Assembly (NCBI GenBank): GCA_964580575.1
Contig: CAZOLJ010000015.1
Coordinates: forward strand, 1,329-65,328
Length of the DNA stretch: 64,000 nucleotides
Reading direction: 5' to 3'
Source of the DNA: an uncultured Desulfobacteraceae bacterium
GTDB lineage: Bacteria > Desulfobacterota > DSM-4660 > Desulfatiglandales > HGW-15
Part shown: in pieces, positions 1 to 10,815 of the stretch
How positions within the stretch are numbered: the first letter of the stretch is position 1
Layout: the number at the start of each line of letters is the position of its first letter
Position numbers and translations under genes: made by a program
The notes under the pieces: generated by a model
What the model was told of the DNA's origin: nothing
The model's database searches: none
Seen by the model: only the letters and a program-made list of their open reading frames with translations

Positions 1-347
1 ATGCCGCATATATGGGCCTTGTCAATTTTCAGGGCATCGAGCAAGCCGACCGCATCAGCGGCCATGTCCTCGATCGTGTAAGGAGGGGTGACCTTCTGGC
101 CGCTCATCAGCTTGCGGATGATATCCATAACGTCAGGCACGCCCGCCTCATCGAACTTTGTCGAAAGCCCTGCATCCCGGTTGTCGAACCGGATCACATA
201 CAGGCCCGTTTCGGCAAGCTGCCCGCAAAATTCCTCGTCCCAATAAATCAGCTGGGCACCCAGCCCGATAATGAGGAGGATGGGGGGCGAGGAAGGGTCG
301 CCGAAGGTTTCATATTCAATATTGATACTATTTGCTTTTGCTTGCAT
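1..347 (-). CDS. Alpha/beta hydrolase, 5' part (runs off window start)
   Basis: Manual translation from ATG at 347 with AGGAGG RBS: MQAKANSINIEYETFGDPSSPPILLIIGLGAQLIYWDEEFC...VIRFDNRDAGLS...AHICGM, typical of an alpha/beta hydrolase N-terminus. Absent from the ORF track because no stop lies in the window. Confidence 0.85.
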   Translation of the reverse strand, partial: MQAKANSINIEYETFGDPSSPPILLIIGLGAQLIYWDEEFCGQLAETGLYVIRFDNRDAGLSTKFDEAGVPDVMDIIRKLMSGQKVTPPYTIEDMAADAVGLLDALKIDKAHICG

Positions 348-503
348 AGGATTTCCTCCTAACAAACCATATCTTGTTTTGAAACCACGATCAATATCGC
401 TTTCTTGAGGCGGACGGATTGTTCTCTCCGGGCATGGCCATGACAGTGCAGCAGACGAGAGTGGGTGGGGCTCCTGTTGACAACCGAGAAGGCCGTTTTC
501 TGC

Positions 504-2534
504 TCACCTCACAGTCTCCAGGGCAAAGCGGAACGGTATGAATTCAAAGGCGGTGATGGCGAGATCTACGGGTCGTTGGTTTCCGCTCTTTCCAAAGGTG
601 ATGGAAATCTCCCTGATCCCCCGGAGAGCGGGTGTTGCAGGAAGAACGATTTCCCTGGTTTCTTCCTTTCCCTCCGTGGGCTTGAAACGGAGGAGGATTT
701 CTATGGGAATAGTTGGCGGAGGAAGGGGATCATCCTTCGCCCTCCTGAAGGAAATCTGAGCATCCGCCTCCTGTCCCTCTGATCGATATCGCAGAACCAG
801 TCTTCCGTTGGAGAGGCTGATGGTCCGATCCCCATGCACAACGAACCGGTTCCCGGCAGCCAGGAGGTTCACCCGGTCCCCGGGCTGGTAAAGCATCTCA
901 AGGTCCCGTGACAGGCTTCTGTGTTCGAGATACCGCTGCATGTTTTCCTGGGCGGAGCCGATCCCCCCAAGAATCAGAGACAGTGTGTGAACGGTTGTCT
1001 GGTAGGGGATCCTCTCGTTCCTCGATGTGTTCCAGCCTTCCCACGGGCCGTGGTCGGTGAAGAGCCCTGAGATCATGGGCCAATGCTCTTCCAGAAATTT
1101 CTCCACTTTGTCAGGGGCGATCGTGTAGGCGACGCCCAGGGTGTAAAGGGATGGCGCATGGGTGATGAGGGGCTTGTCGGTGACGGCGATGTCGGGTATC
1201 CCGATGAGCCCTGTGTACTCGGTTCCCTTGCCGCTGTAGGCCTCGGACAAAAAGCCAGGGAGGTTTCTTTGGCCTGAAAAATCGAGTTCCACATCCACGA
1301 GGGTTTCGAGTGTTTTTCTCCATCCAGGGTTTCTCATTTCCTGCATAAAGAGAGAAAGCCCGAGGAGCTGAAAAGCCGATCCCTCCCATGCGGCAGGCAC
1401 GTACGCTTCCCTCCCGGAAAAAAAACTGTACGGCTTGACCTTGAACCCTGCGTTCCTAATGGATGCTTCCGGAAGTCCGTACCGCAGGACGGCGAATATC
1501 CATGGCCCGCGGAACTCGTTGATGAAGTAATTCATCTGCCCGGTGATCCAGTTTCCCCGGCCGTCGTCCCAGCCGACAAAACGGTCCACCGTAGCATCCC
1601 AGCCGAAGAAAAAGGTGCCGGTCTTGGGGTCGAAAAGATGGGAATAGCCCTCTTTTTGAAGCTCGATAAAGCGCTCCATCTCCCCCCTTAAGGAGACGGC
1701 CCTCGGATCATGCCGGATCTCGGGCCGCAGGAGCGCGCCCACCGACTTGGCGAGAGAGGAGGTGAGATTGACGTTGTCGCCGAATATGATCGTGACAACC
1801 CGTTGATCCAGGATCCCCATGATTCTGGATGTGAGGGGGTCATGCGAATAGGGAGCAAGGACCCCGTCAAAGAACGCTGCGCCATATTTCTCGGTTCGGC
1901 GAATTCGGCCTTTTCGGCCGTTGTCTTCTTCCAGGATCCAGCCTTTTTGCACCAGCGCTCGCCAGACGGCATGGCCCGTGTGATCGCCAAAGGCGTCGAT
2001 GAGCTTTCTTCTTTCGATGGATTCCCGGAGGGGTCCGGTTCTTTTCCCGGCTTCCAGACCCAGGAAATTGACCAGCAGCCCCTTGGCCGCAAGGGATGGG
2101 TTCCTCTGATCTTCCCGCAGGTTCTTTACAGCGAGAGAGAGGCTGCTCATTGCCGATTCTCTGGAAAGATAAGGGTTGTCCGCATAGCCTGCGACGATGT
2201 TGGCCAGGAGCTCAATCCAGGTGCCGATGGCCGTCAGTTGCGTGAAGGAGCGAAGAAAGAGCCCGTTTTGGGGTTCCTGGTTCCAGCCTTCCACCGGATA
2301 CCCGGACACAGGCTCTATGATCCCGTGGGCAGGGTCCAAATAGCAAAACGCATTCGCCAGCAGGAGCCGCATGTGGTTGTGGCCGGGAGAGACTTTGGGG
2401 AAGGATTGCCCTGTCATCGGTTTTTGGCCGAAAGAGGGCGGCGCGACGGTGCACAGTGCCAGCGTCAGCACGATGACAACAACAAAGAGCGGTAGTTTCT
2501 TCTTTGTGACAGGTTTCAGGTAATACAATGTCAC
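504..2534 (-). CDS. Secreted protein with a putative glycoamylase-like / Cgs-type (alpha/alpha)6 glycoside-active domain
   Basis: 676 aa with an N-terminal signal peptide. Motifs AWEGSAFQ, GFLSEAYS, GIPDI and APSLYTL resemble WSGSMFE, GISESAY, GVPGL and IAPYAT of the glycoamylase-like domain of cyclic beta-1,2-glucan synthases. The CDS is confident; the function is tentative. Confidence 0.5.
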   Translation of the reverse strand: MTLYYLKPVTKKKLPLFVVVIVLTLALCTVAPPSFGQKPMTGQSFPKVSPGHNHMRLLLANAFCYLDPAHGIIEPVSGYPVEGWNQEPQNGLFLRSFTQLTAIGTWIELLANIVAGYADNPYLSRESAMSSLSLAVKNLREDQRNPSLAAKGLLVNFLGLEAGKRTGPLRESIERRKLIDAFGDHTGHAVWRALVQKGWILEEDNGRKGRIRRTEKYGAAFFDGVLAPYSHDPLTSRIMGILDQRVVTIIFGDNVNLTSSLAKSVGALLRPEIRHDPRAVSLRGEMERFIELQKEGYSHLFDPKTGTFFFGWDATVDRFVGWDDGRGNWITGQMNYFINEFRGPWIFAVLRYGLPEASIRNAGFKVKPYSFFSGREAYVPAAWEGSAFQLLGLSLFMQEMRNPGWRKTLETLVDVELDFSGQRNLPGFLSEAYSGKGTEYTGLIGIPDIAVTDKPLITHAPSLYTLGVAYTIAPDKVEKFLEEHWPMISGLFTDHGPWEGWNTSRNERIPYQTTVHTLSLILGGIGSAQENMQRYLEHRSLSRDLEMLYQPGDRVNLLAAGNRFVVHGDRTISLSNGRLVLRYRSEGQEADAQISFRRAKDDPLPPPTIPIEILLRFKPTEGKEETREIVLPATPALRGIREISITFGKSGNQRPVDLAITAFEFIPFRFALETVR

Positions 2535-2735
2535 AGTGCCCTTTCCCTTTCCAACAGTGCGTTTCTTTGGACTGGATGCCTTCTTAGAGTGAGCTTACCG
2601 ATCTCCACCTAGTCTTTTTCCAGGAGACCTCGAGCTGGTATCCTGCTTGTTGTGCAGGACTCCACAAAATCCGATGATGAAGCGCCCCGACCAAGACCAC
2701 AAATGACGACAGAGCAAATCCCTTGGCTCCCTTGT

Positions 2736-3437
2736 TCAGATCTTCAGTCTGTGGACTTCCACACGATCGGCCTGTTTCTCCGCTCTGAGCGCAAAGTCGT
2801 ACACATCGCGCTGAAGGCAGATCAGAGGATCTTCGGGTGGGAAATAAGCCTCGTCCCTTCGAAGGAAGCGCTGCGTGGTTTTGTGGAAAACGATTTCCCT
2901 CAGCGCCTCGTTGTGATCGTAGGATCCGTTGCCCAATAAATGAGACATATAGCGGACACACCACTCGTCTTCCGGCGCTATCTCCTTGGCCTCCCAGCCC
3001 ATGGCCACAAGGCTCACGGTCTCCGGCTTCTTGGAGAGAATGTACTTGGCCGTGGCGCCGGCCAGTGCGTAGCTCCCCAGCAGGACTTCGTCGGCCGCGT
3101 CGAGCGCCAGAAGCGCGCCCTGGACGCCGGAACTCGTCCTCTGGAGAACGGTCCTGCCCTTGAAGAATTCAGGACCTTTCTGCAGGATTTCGCTGGGGGA
3201 ATTTCCAAAGTCGAACCCCTTGATAGGAATGCCGCTGACTTCGCCCACGAGGATAAGGGCATTATCCTTTTTTTTCAATGCAAAGGCCTGTTCAGGGGTC
3301 GCAATCAGAAAAAGCTTCTCAACGCCCATGGAGAGGAGAAGGGGAGCGCAGGTGAAGGCGCGAAACACATCGATGATCACCGCCACCCCTCTTGCCGCAA
3401 GGGCACCGTTGTACAGACTGTCACAGATGATTTTCAT
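2736..3437 (-). CDS. comB: 2-phosphosulfolactate phosphatase (ComB) family
   Basis: IDVFRAFT, GNSPSE and RTSSG motifs; 233 aa. Confidence 0.8.
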   Translation of the reverse strand: MKIICDSLYNGALAARGVAVIIDVFRAFTCAPLLLSMGVEKLFLIATPEQAFALKKKDNALILVGEVSGIPIKGFDFGNSPSEILQKGPEFFKGRTVLQRTSSGVQGALLALDAADEVLLGSYALAGATAKYILSKKPETVSLVAMGWEAKEIAPEDEWCVRYMSHLLGNGSYDHNEALREIVFHKTTQRFLRRDEAYFPPEDPLICLQRDVYDFALRAEKQADRVEVHRLKI

Positions 3438-3486
3438 GGGTTAAATGCTTCTCCTTAGGAATTTGATCTTACTGCCGCCCAAGAAT

Positions 3487-3538
3487 CCCCTCTGTTTCCC
3501 CCTCCCCTTTATCCCCTCCGCCAGGGGAGGGGAAAAGA
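3487..3538. repeat. C-rich/G-rich REP-like palindrome
   Basis: cccctcc-gcca-ggggagggg hairpin in the intergenic gap; same family as the palindromes at 33701, 40508 and 48521. Confidence 0.5.
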
Positions 3539-3580
3539 GTTGACCGGCAGCCTCCAGGCCTGCTTTTGGTTGGGTTCGTA

Positions 3581-5490
<1,910 letters not shown>

Positions 5491-5636
5491 CTAGGCAAAA
5501 GGCCCGGTGAAAGTCTTTATTCCCCTCAGAGGGTTTTCATTCCCGGACAGACAAGGCTTGCCCCACTGGGAACCCGAAGGACTCTGAAACATGGAAAATG
5601 AAACACCCCACTCCTGTCTTGAAAATCACCCCCTCT

Positions 5637-6638
5637 CTATCTCCTTAGTCCGCATCCCCATGACGGAGGTGGTTCCCTTTGTCGGTCTTTTTCTCGCGTT
5701 GATCTCGCCAGCAGGCTGGTGGCGGTGTCCACCTCCGTGATGAGAACGTTGAGAAGTTTGCCCTTCAACGCCCCGAAGATCCCATCCACCTTATCCTGCC
5801 CGACGCCCACACCGATTTTGTGCTTGATCCTTCTGAGTTCATCCAAGGTCAGCCCGATCGTGCGATCATCCAACTCATGCCAGCATTCCTTCCCGTTGGC
5901 ATCAAAGAAACGGCCGCAAATCGCACCCACGGCTCCGGCGTCTCTGAGTTTCACCGTATCGTTCTTGCTCAGGAAACCGGATTTCCAGAGCAAGCCTTCG
6001 GCGCCGATCAAGCCCACGCCGAAAAGGACGAGGTCCGCCTTTTTCGCCAGCCCCAGGGTTTCCTGGATCTTTTTTTCTTTGAACAGGGTATTTCGAAGAG
6101 CCCGGGTCCTAACAATCACGGGAGCCGGAATGAGATAGGCTTTTGCTCCGAGTTTCTGGCCAAGCGTCATGGTCAGAGCATTGTTGTCGGTGCCTTCGAT
6201 GGTGCCAAGTCCGCCCCCGATCTGCACCAGACTGAGATTTTTGGCTTCAACCGGATCGAGCTCTTTGACCACGTGGTAGACGGTGTGACCCCAGGTCACT
6301 CCGAGCACATGGTACCGGTTCAATATCTCCCTCAGATACTGAGCTCCGGCCAGCCCGACGTGATCCAGGTCGGACTGGTTGCCGAACCGGTTGACCTTCA
6401 CCACGATCGCCTTGTCCAAACCGAAAGTTTTGACCAGTTCTGTTTCGATTTCAGTGATGTGGATCATGGGGTCATGGATGGTCACCGTGACGACGCCTCT
6501 TCTCTTGGCCTCTTTCAGGATTCTGCTGATCTTGAAGCGGCTGTAGCCCAGGAGTGTGGAAATGTGTTCCTGGGTCTTTTCCTCTTTGTAGTAGAGGTAA
6601 CAGATTTTCAGAATGTCCCGATCGCTGATCTCACGCAT
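5637..6638 (-). CDS. SorC/DeoR-type sugar-binding transcriptional regulator (LsrR-like)
   Basis: N-terminal HTH (YLYYKEEKTQEHISTLLGYSRFKISRIL) and a sugar-binding domain (GVTWGHT, GAVGAICGRFFDANG). Confidence 0.9.
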   Translation of the reverse strand: MREISDRDILKICYLYYKEEKTQEHISTLLGYSRFKISRILKEAKRRGVVTVTIHDPMIHITEIETELVKTFGLDKAIVVKVNRFGNQSDLDHVGLAGAQYLREILNRYHVLGVTWGHTVYHVVKELDPVEAKNLSLVQIGGGLGTIEGTDNNALTMTLGQKLGAKAYLIPAPVIVRTRALRNTLFKEKKIQETLGLAKKADLVLFGVGLIGAEGLLWKSGFLSKNDTVKLRDAGAVGAICGRFFDANGKECWHELDDRTIGLTLDELRRIKHKIGVGVGQDKVDGIFGALKGKLLNVLITEVDTATSLLARSTREKDRQREPPPSWGCGLRR

Positions 6639-6684
6639 AGGTCGCGCCCGCAGTGTTCGAGAAAGGGTTGGCTGTAAACAGCGG

Positions 6685-6850
6685 TTACGCCGTCAAGGAA
6701 CGAAGTTCCTTCACAGAGCTCTTGCATACCTGAAGAATGAGCTTGATGTCCGTCCCAAAGCCGAGGAACTTCATGCCCTGATCGATCCAGTACTTCGCCT
6801 TGTCCACTGATCCTGTGCGGATGCCGGGGATGATGCCCTTGTCCCGGCAC
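6685..6850 (-). pseudogene. 3' remnant of an HpcH/HpaI aldolase-family gene
   Basis: An alternate frame reads CRDKGIIPGIRTGSVDKAKYWIDQGMKFLGFGTDIKLILQVCKSSVKELRSLTA*, resembling an HpcH aldolase C-terminus. Confidence 0.55.
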
Positions 6851-7120
6851 ACAGACTACCACGCGGTGATCCGTGGCTGCATCCACATCCACATTGTTGA
6901 GACCGCCGCCTGTGCGTGAGACGACTTTCAGCCGCTTGGCCTTGTGGAGCATTTCCCTGGTCACTCGAGTGGCCGTGCGAAGGATCAGCGCATCCGCCTC
7001 TTCAAGAAGACGGCCGGCAATGGCGTCCGACGGATCGGGGCTCACCACGACGTGAGCTTTAGCCTCGCGAAGCTTGATGGCAGATTCTTCGATCGGTTCG
7101 GAAAGCAGAATGGTATTCAA
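6851..7120 (-). pseudogene. 5' fragment of a D-isomer 2-hydroxyacid / phosphoglycerate dehydrogenase
   Basis: MNTILLSEPIEE...ADALILRT...LKVVSRTGGGLNNVDVDAAT...VVVC, then similarity is lost abruptly; the NAD-binding domain is missing. Confidence 0.7.
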
Positions 7121-7143
7121 GGAATGGACCTCTGGTCAAAAGC

Positions 7144-7186
7144 TGAGATGCTCAGATGTGCATGACATGCACATCTGAGTATCTCA
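7144..7186. promoter_or_regulatory. 21-bp-arm palindrome overlapping a minus-strand promoter (candidate operator)
   Basis: tgagatgctcagatgtgcatg-a-catgcacatctgagtatctca (1 mismatch); TTGACA on the minus strand at 7204-7199. Confidence 0.55.
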
Positions 7187-7274
7187 CAAGCTTTTTTTTG
7201 TCAAGCAAAAAGTGGATGGCAGGAGTCCCGAACTCGAAATCCGCGGATGATAAGGATAGGTTCGGGGGAGGAAC

Positions 7275-7838
7275 CTAAATCACCATCAGGAAAGCATAGC
7301 GGTTCATCGCCTGAGCGTAATTCGTGAGAGGCTCGATGGGGAAGCCGTACTTTTTCACGGTAGAATAAACATCAACGGCCATGGACTCAGGCGAGGGTCT
7401 CGCGGTTCTCGGCACTTTGCATTTGCCCCGCTCCCCTGAACATTCCGCACAAAGACTGCAGCTGTCCATGAAGAGCATAAAGGCTTTTTCAAATCCGGAG
7501 AGAAACACGTCCCTTTCGAGCTTGGACAGTTTCATGTTGACTCCCCTGGACCAGGCATGCCGGTCTTCAGGCTTTTTGACCTTTTTCGGAAAATGGAGAA
7601 CGGCGGCCTCAGAATACTCCTTGAAAAACCTTTCGCACTCCGCAACCGACGGGGTGTTCGGCGGGCACGTGGCATTGCGGCCGTATTCCCCGCACCCGAA
7701 GGTGCACTTCATCCTCACCCACTGCGAGACAACGATGTCCCTCGGATCGATCCATTTGAAGTCTGAGATGCCGTGCTCCTGAAACAGCGCCTCCAGTTCT
7801 TTCCTTTTTTTCTTTCCTAACGCCTTTCTCTTTGCCAT
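7275..7838 (-). CDS. DUF2284-like predicted metal-binding protein
   Basis: KCTFGCGEYG..TCPP, CSLCAEC and RPSPESMAVDV motifs. Confidence 0.8.
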   Translation of the reverse strand: MAKRKALGKKKRKELEALFQEHGISDFKWIDPRDIVVSQWVRMKCTFGCGEYGRNATCPPNTPSVAECERFFKEYSEAAVLHFPKKVKKPEDRHAWSRGVNMKLSKLERDVFLSGFEKAFMLFMDSCSLCAECSGERGKCKVPRTARPSPESMAVDVYSTVKKYGFPIEPLTNYAQAMNRYAFLMVI

Positions 7839-8072
7839 GTCTCACGCTCCTTTCTTTCAGAGAAAGCCCAGCCGCCTTATGGCACAGAGCAATCTACTCG
7901 ATGGGCAGCCCCTTGAGCAAGAGAGAATTCGAGGGCACGCGTCCGTAGCGAAGGGTCCGTGCATCGACCGGGCAGATCTTTTGCAAAGGATGGACTTTGG
8001 CGTCTATACGGCTTAATATGGTTTAGCGCTGAAAAACGCTGTCACTTAGCATGGGAATACGGAGGAGCTCGC

Positions 8073-8684
8073 TTGCGAATACTCACCGTCTCAGATCGAG
8101 TCGAGCCGGTCCTCAATGACCGGGAGTCGCCGTCTCGTTTCCCTGGGGTGGAATTGATCCTGTCCTGTGGAGATGTGCCTCCTGAGTACCTTTCCTTCTT
8201 GAGGGGGATCTTCGGGGTGCCCCTTTACTATGTCTTAGGAAACCACGATATCCGCCACGACTCAAAGCCGCCGGAGGGGTGCATCAATCTCAACCGGGAA
8301 CTTGTGTCGTTCAAGGGCGCGAAGATGCTGGGATTGGAAGGATCCCGCTGGTACAACGGCGGCCCTTATCAGTACACGGAGCGGCAAATGAAATGGACCG
8401 TGACGGCGCTCAGGCCGACCCTGTGGAGGCGGGGAGGCGTGGACCTTGTGCTGACTCATGCACCGCCCCGCTATGTTCAGGACGCGGAAGATCCCTGCCA
8501 CAGGGGATTCAGGAGTTTTCGGTGGCTCATTGACAAGTATTCCCCCCGGTATTTTGTCCACGGCCACATTCACGGCTTTTTCTCCGATCCCTCCCAGCGA
8601 GTGACCGTCATCAACAAAACCAGGGTGATCAACAGCTATGGGCACTTCATTTTCGACATCGAACCTGGGGCGATGGCTCAGTAA
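8073..8684 (+). CDS. Calcineurin-like metallophosphoesterase
   Basis: Motifs VSD, SCGD, GNHD, THAPP and GHIH; TTG start at 8073 with a GGAGGA RBS. Confidence 0.9.
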   Translation: MRILTVSDRVEPVLNDRESPSRFPGVELILSCGDVPPEYLSFLRGIFGVPLYYVLGNHDIRHDSKPPEGCINLNRELVSFKGAKMLGLEGSRWYNGGPYQYTERQMKWTVTALRPTLWRRGGVDLVLTHAPPRYVQDAEDPCHRGFRSFRWLIDKYSPRYFVHGHIHGFFSDPSQRVTVINKTRVINSYGHFIFDIEPGAMAQ

Positions 8685-9747
8685 GGTTTTCGGGCCGAAG
8701 AGACGCTCAAAGGCCGAGGAGATCAAATCCTTCCGGGAGAACCTGCAGGAGGACGAGGCATTTGATACCAGAGACTTGGGCACCCGGCCGGTCCGCCTTG
8801 AAAAGATCGTCGGGAGTGTGGGGAGGTATCACGATTTTGACAGCACTTTCCAGTTGAAAGACCATCTGCCCCATGAAAGGCTGGAGAGTGTCAAGAAAAT
8901 GATGCGGGAGGGAAAGCCCCTCCCTCCGGTCGAGCTTTACCAGTTCAGGGACGAGTACTACGTCCTCGACGGTCACCACCGGGTTTCGGCGGCGAAAGAA
9001 TTTGGCTACGGAGAGATCGAAGCCCGCATCGTGCAGGTGATTCAGGCCGATGACACCTTGGAAAACACGCTCTATCGGGAAAGGGGGGATTTCAATGAAA
9101 AGGCAAAGCTTCCGGAACTCATCGAACTCACAGAAGTAGGGCGATACGGCCATTTGGAGCAACAGATTCTCAAGCACCGGGGCTTTCTGGAGCAGGAGAG
9201 GAGGTCGCCCGTTTCGTTCCAGGGTGCCGCTCTGGACTGGTACAAAACCATTTACTTGCCTCTCGTGGCGGCAATCAAGAAAGGGAACCTCATCGAATCA
9301 TTCCCCAACCGCACCCTGGCCGACCTTTACGTGTACATTTCATGGCACCAGTGGGAAAAGGGATCGACCCGCAAGTACGGGATTGGCATCGACCACTTGA
9401 TTCCAAAAGATATGGAGGCGTTCCGAAAAAAAATGTCCGAAAAAAAGGGGCAGGAATACCCGGAAATGAAAAGGGAGATCACAGCCTTTGTCCTGATGAA
9501 TGTTTCGGCCAAGCGGGAGTACAAGATCATAGACAAGCTCTACGAGCTGGAAGAGGTTCGGGAAATCCACTCGGTTCACGGGGAATTCGACGTCATCGCC
9601 AAGATCGTCCTCACCCGTGATCTGCTCGCCTCGGATGCGGAGACCATCGGCCAATTCGTTCATAACCAGGTAAGGCAAGTGCCAGGCGTGGTGAGCACCC
9701 AGACGCTCATTCCCGGGACCTCTAAAATCAAGAAGGAGTCGACCTGA
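8638..9747 (+). CDS. ParB/Srx-like domain + DUF4032-like region + Lrp/AsnC ligand-binding (RAM) domain fusion
   Basis: LPPVELY...YYVLDGHHRVSAA (ParB/Srx); AALDWYKTIYLP...FPNRTLADLYVYI (DUF4032-like); AFVLMNV...VREIHSVHGEFDVIAKI (AsnC C-terminal). Overlaps the phosphoesterase stop. Confidence 0.75.
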   Translation: MGTSFSTSNLGRWLSKVFGPKRRSKAEEIKSFRENLQEDEAFDTRDLGTRPVRLEKIVGSVGRYHDFDSTFQLKDHLPHERLESVKKMMREGKPLPPVELYQFRDEYYVLDGHHRVSAAKEFGYGEIEARIVQVIQADDTLENTLYRERGDFNEKAKLPELIELTEVGRYGHLEQQILKHRGFLEQERRSPVSFQGAALDWYKTIYLPLVAAIKKGNLIESFPNRTLADLYVYISWHQWEKGSTRKYGIGIDHLIPKDMEAFRKKMSEKKGQEYPEMKREITAFVLMNVSAKREYKIIDKLYELEEVREIHSVHGEFDVIAKIVLTRDLLASDAETIGQFVHNQVRQVPGVVSTQTLIPGTSKIKKEST

Positions 9748-9858
9748 CGACATCACGGCGCAGCGTAGCCGCAACAAGGACCTCCTTTGCACTCACCTTA
9801 TCTCTCTCCTCCGCCGTCGGGCATGATCGTGGGAGAAGAGCTTCAACCTGGATGGTTC

Positions 9859-10815
9859 TCAGTTTCTCGGGTGATGACACTCCACGAGGTGGCCGTTTTC
9901 ACGGGTGGGTTCGGGCGGGACCTCCCGGCAGACTTGGATCGCTTCGGGGCAGCGGGGATGGAAGGTGCACCCAGGCGGGGGATCGATGGGATTGGGATAG
10001 ACGATGCCGAGGTGTGTTTCGGGAAGCCCGAGCCCGGGCTCGGGGGTGAGGACGGAAGCGAGCAAGGCCCGGGTGTAAGGATGTCGGGGGTTTCCGAAGA
10101 TCGCCCGTGTTTCCGCCTCTTCGACGATCCGTCCCAGGTACATGACCGCCACCCGGGAGGCCATGTGCTCGACAACGGCAAGGTTGTGGCTGATCAGGAG
10201 GTAGGTGAGGCCGAAGTCCTTGCGCAGATCCATGAGGAGGTTCAGAATCTGGGACTGAACCGACACGTCCAGGGCCGAGGTCGGTTCATCGCAGATGACG
10301 ATTTCGGGCCGCATGATCAAAGCCCTCGCGACGGCCACGCGTTGTCGCTGGCCGCCTGAAAGCTGGTTCGGAAAACTGTTCTTGAGCCGGGGGACAAGCC
10401 CGACGATTTCCATGATTTCCTCAACCCGTCCCTTCCACGATCCGGGGTCTCCAACCTTGTGAACCCTGAGCGGAAGGGAGATGATGGATCTCACCGATTT
10501 ACGCGGGTTGAGGGAAGCGTAGGGATCCTGAAAAACCGGTTGAATCCTGCGGGCAAGCTCGGTGCGGCTAATTGCGGACACATGCTTCCCGTCGAGGAGG
10601 ATGCTGCCGCCCGTCATTTCCTCCAGCCTGAGAATCAGTTTCGCGATCGTGCTTTTTCCGCACCCGGACTCTCCCACCAGTCCGAGGACCTGACCCTTTT
10701 CCACGGACAGGCTCACGCCGTTTACCGCTCTGAGGGGGCGCTTGCCCTTGAGGAGCCCCATGCCCACCCTGTAGGTCTTGGTGAGGTTCCGGATCTTCAA
10801 GACAGGTTTGCTCAC
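9859..10815 (-). CDS. Oligopeptide/dipeptide ABC ATPase (OppF/DppF type)
   Basis: [25 protein letters not shown] and the C-terminal GCTFHPRC motif; the GTG start at 10815 overlaps the upstream stop (GTGA). Confidence 0.92.
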   Translation of the reverse strand: MSKPVLKIRNLTKTYRVGMGLLKGKRPLRAVNGVSLSVEKGQVLGLVGESGCGKSTIAKLILRLEEMTGGSILLDGKHVSAISRTELARRIQPVFQDPYASLNPRKSVRSIISLPLRVHKVGDPGSWKGRVEEIMEIVGLVPRLKNSFPNQLSGGQRQRVAVARALIMRPEIVICDEPTSALDVSVQSQILNLLMDLRKDFGLTYLLISHNLAVVEHMASRVAVMYLGRIVEEAETRAIFGNPRHPYTRALLASVLTPEPGLGLPETHLGIVYPNPIDPPPGCTFHPRCPEAIQVCREVPPEPTRENGHLVECHHPRN

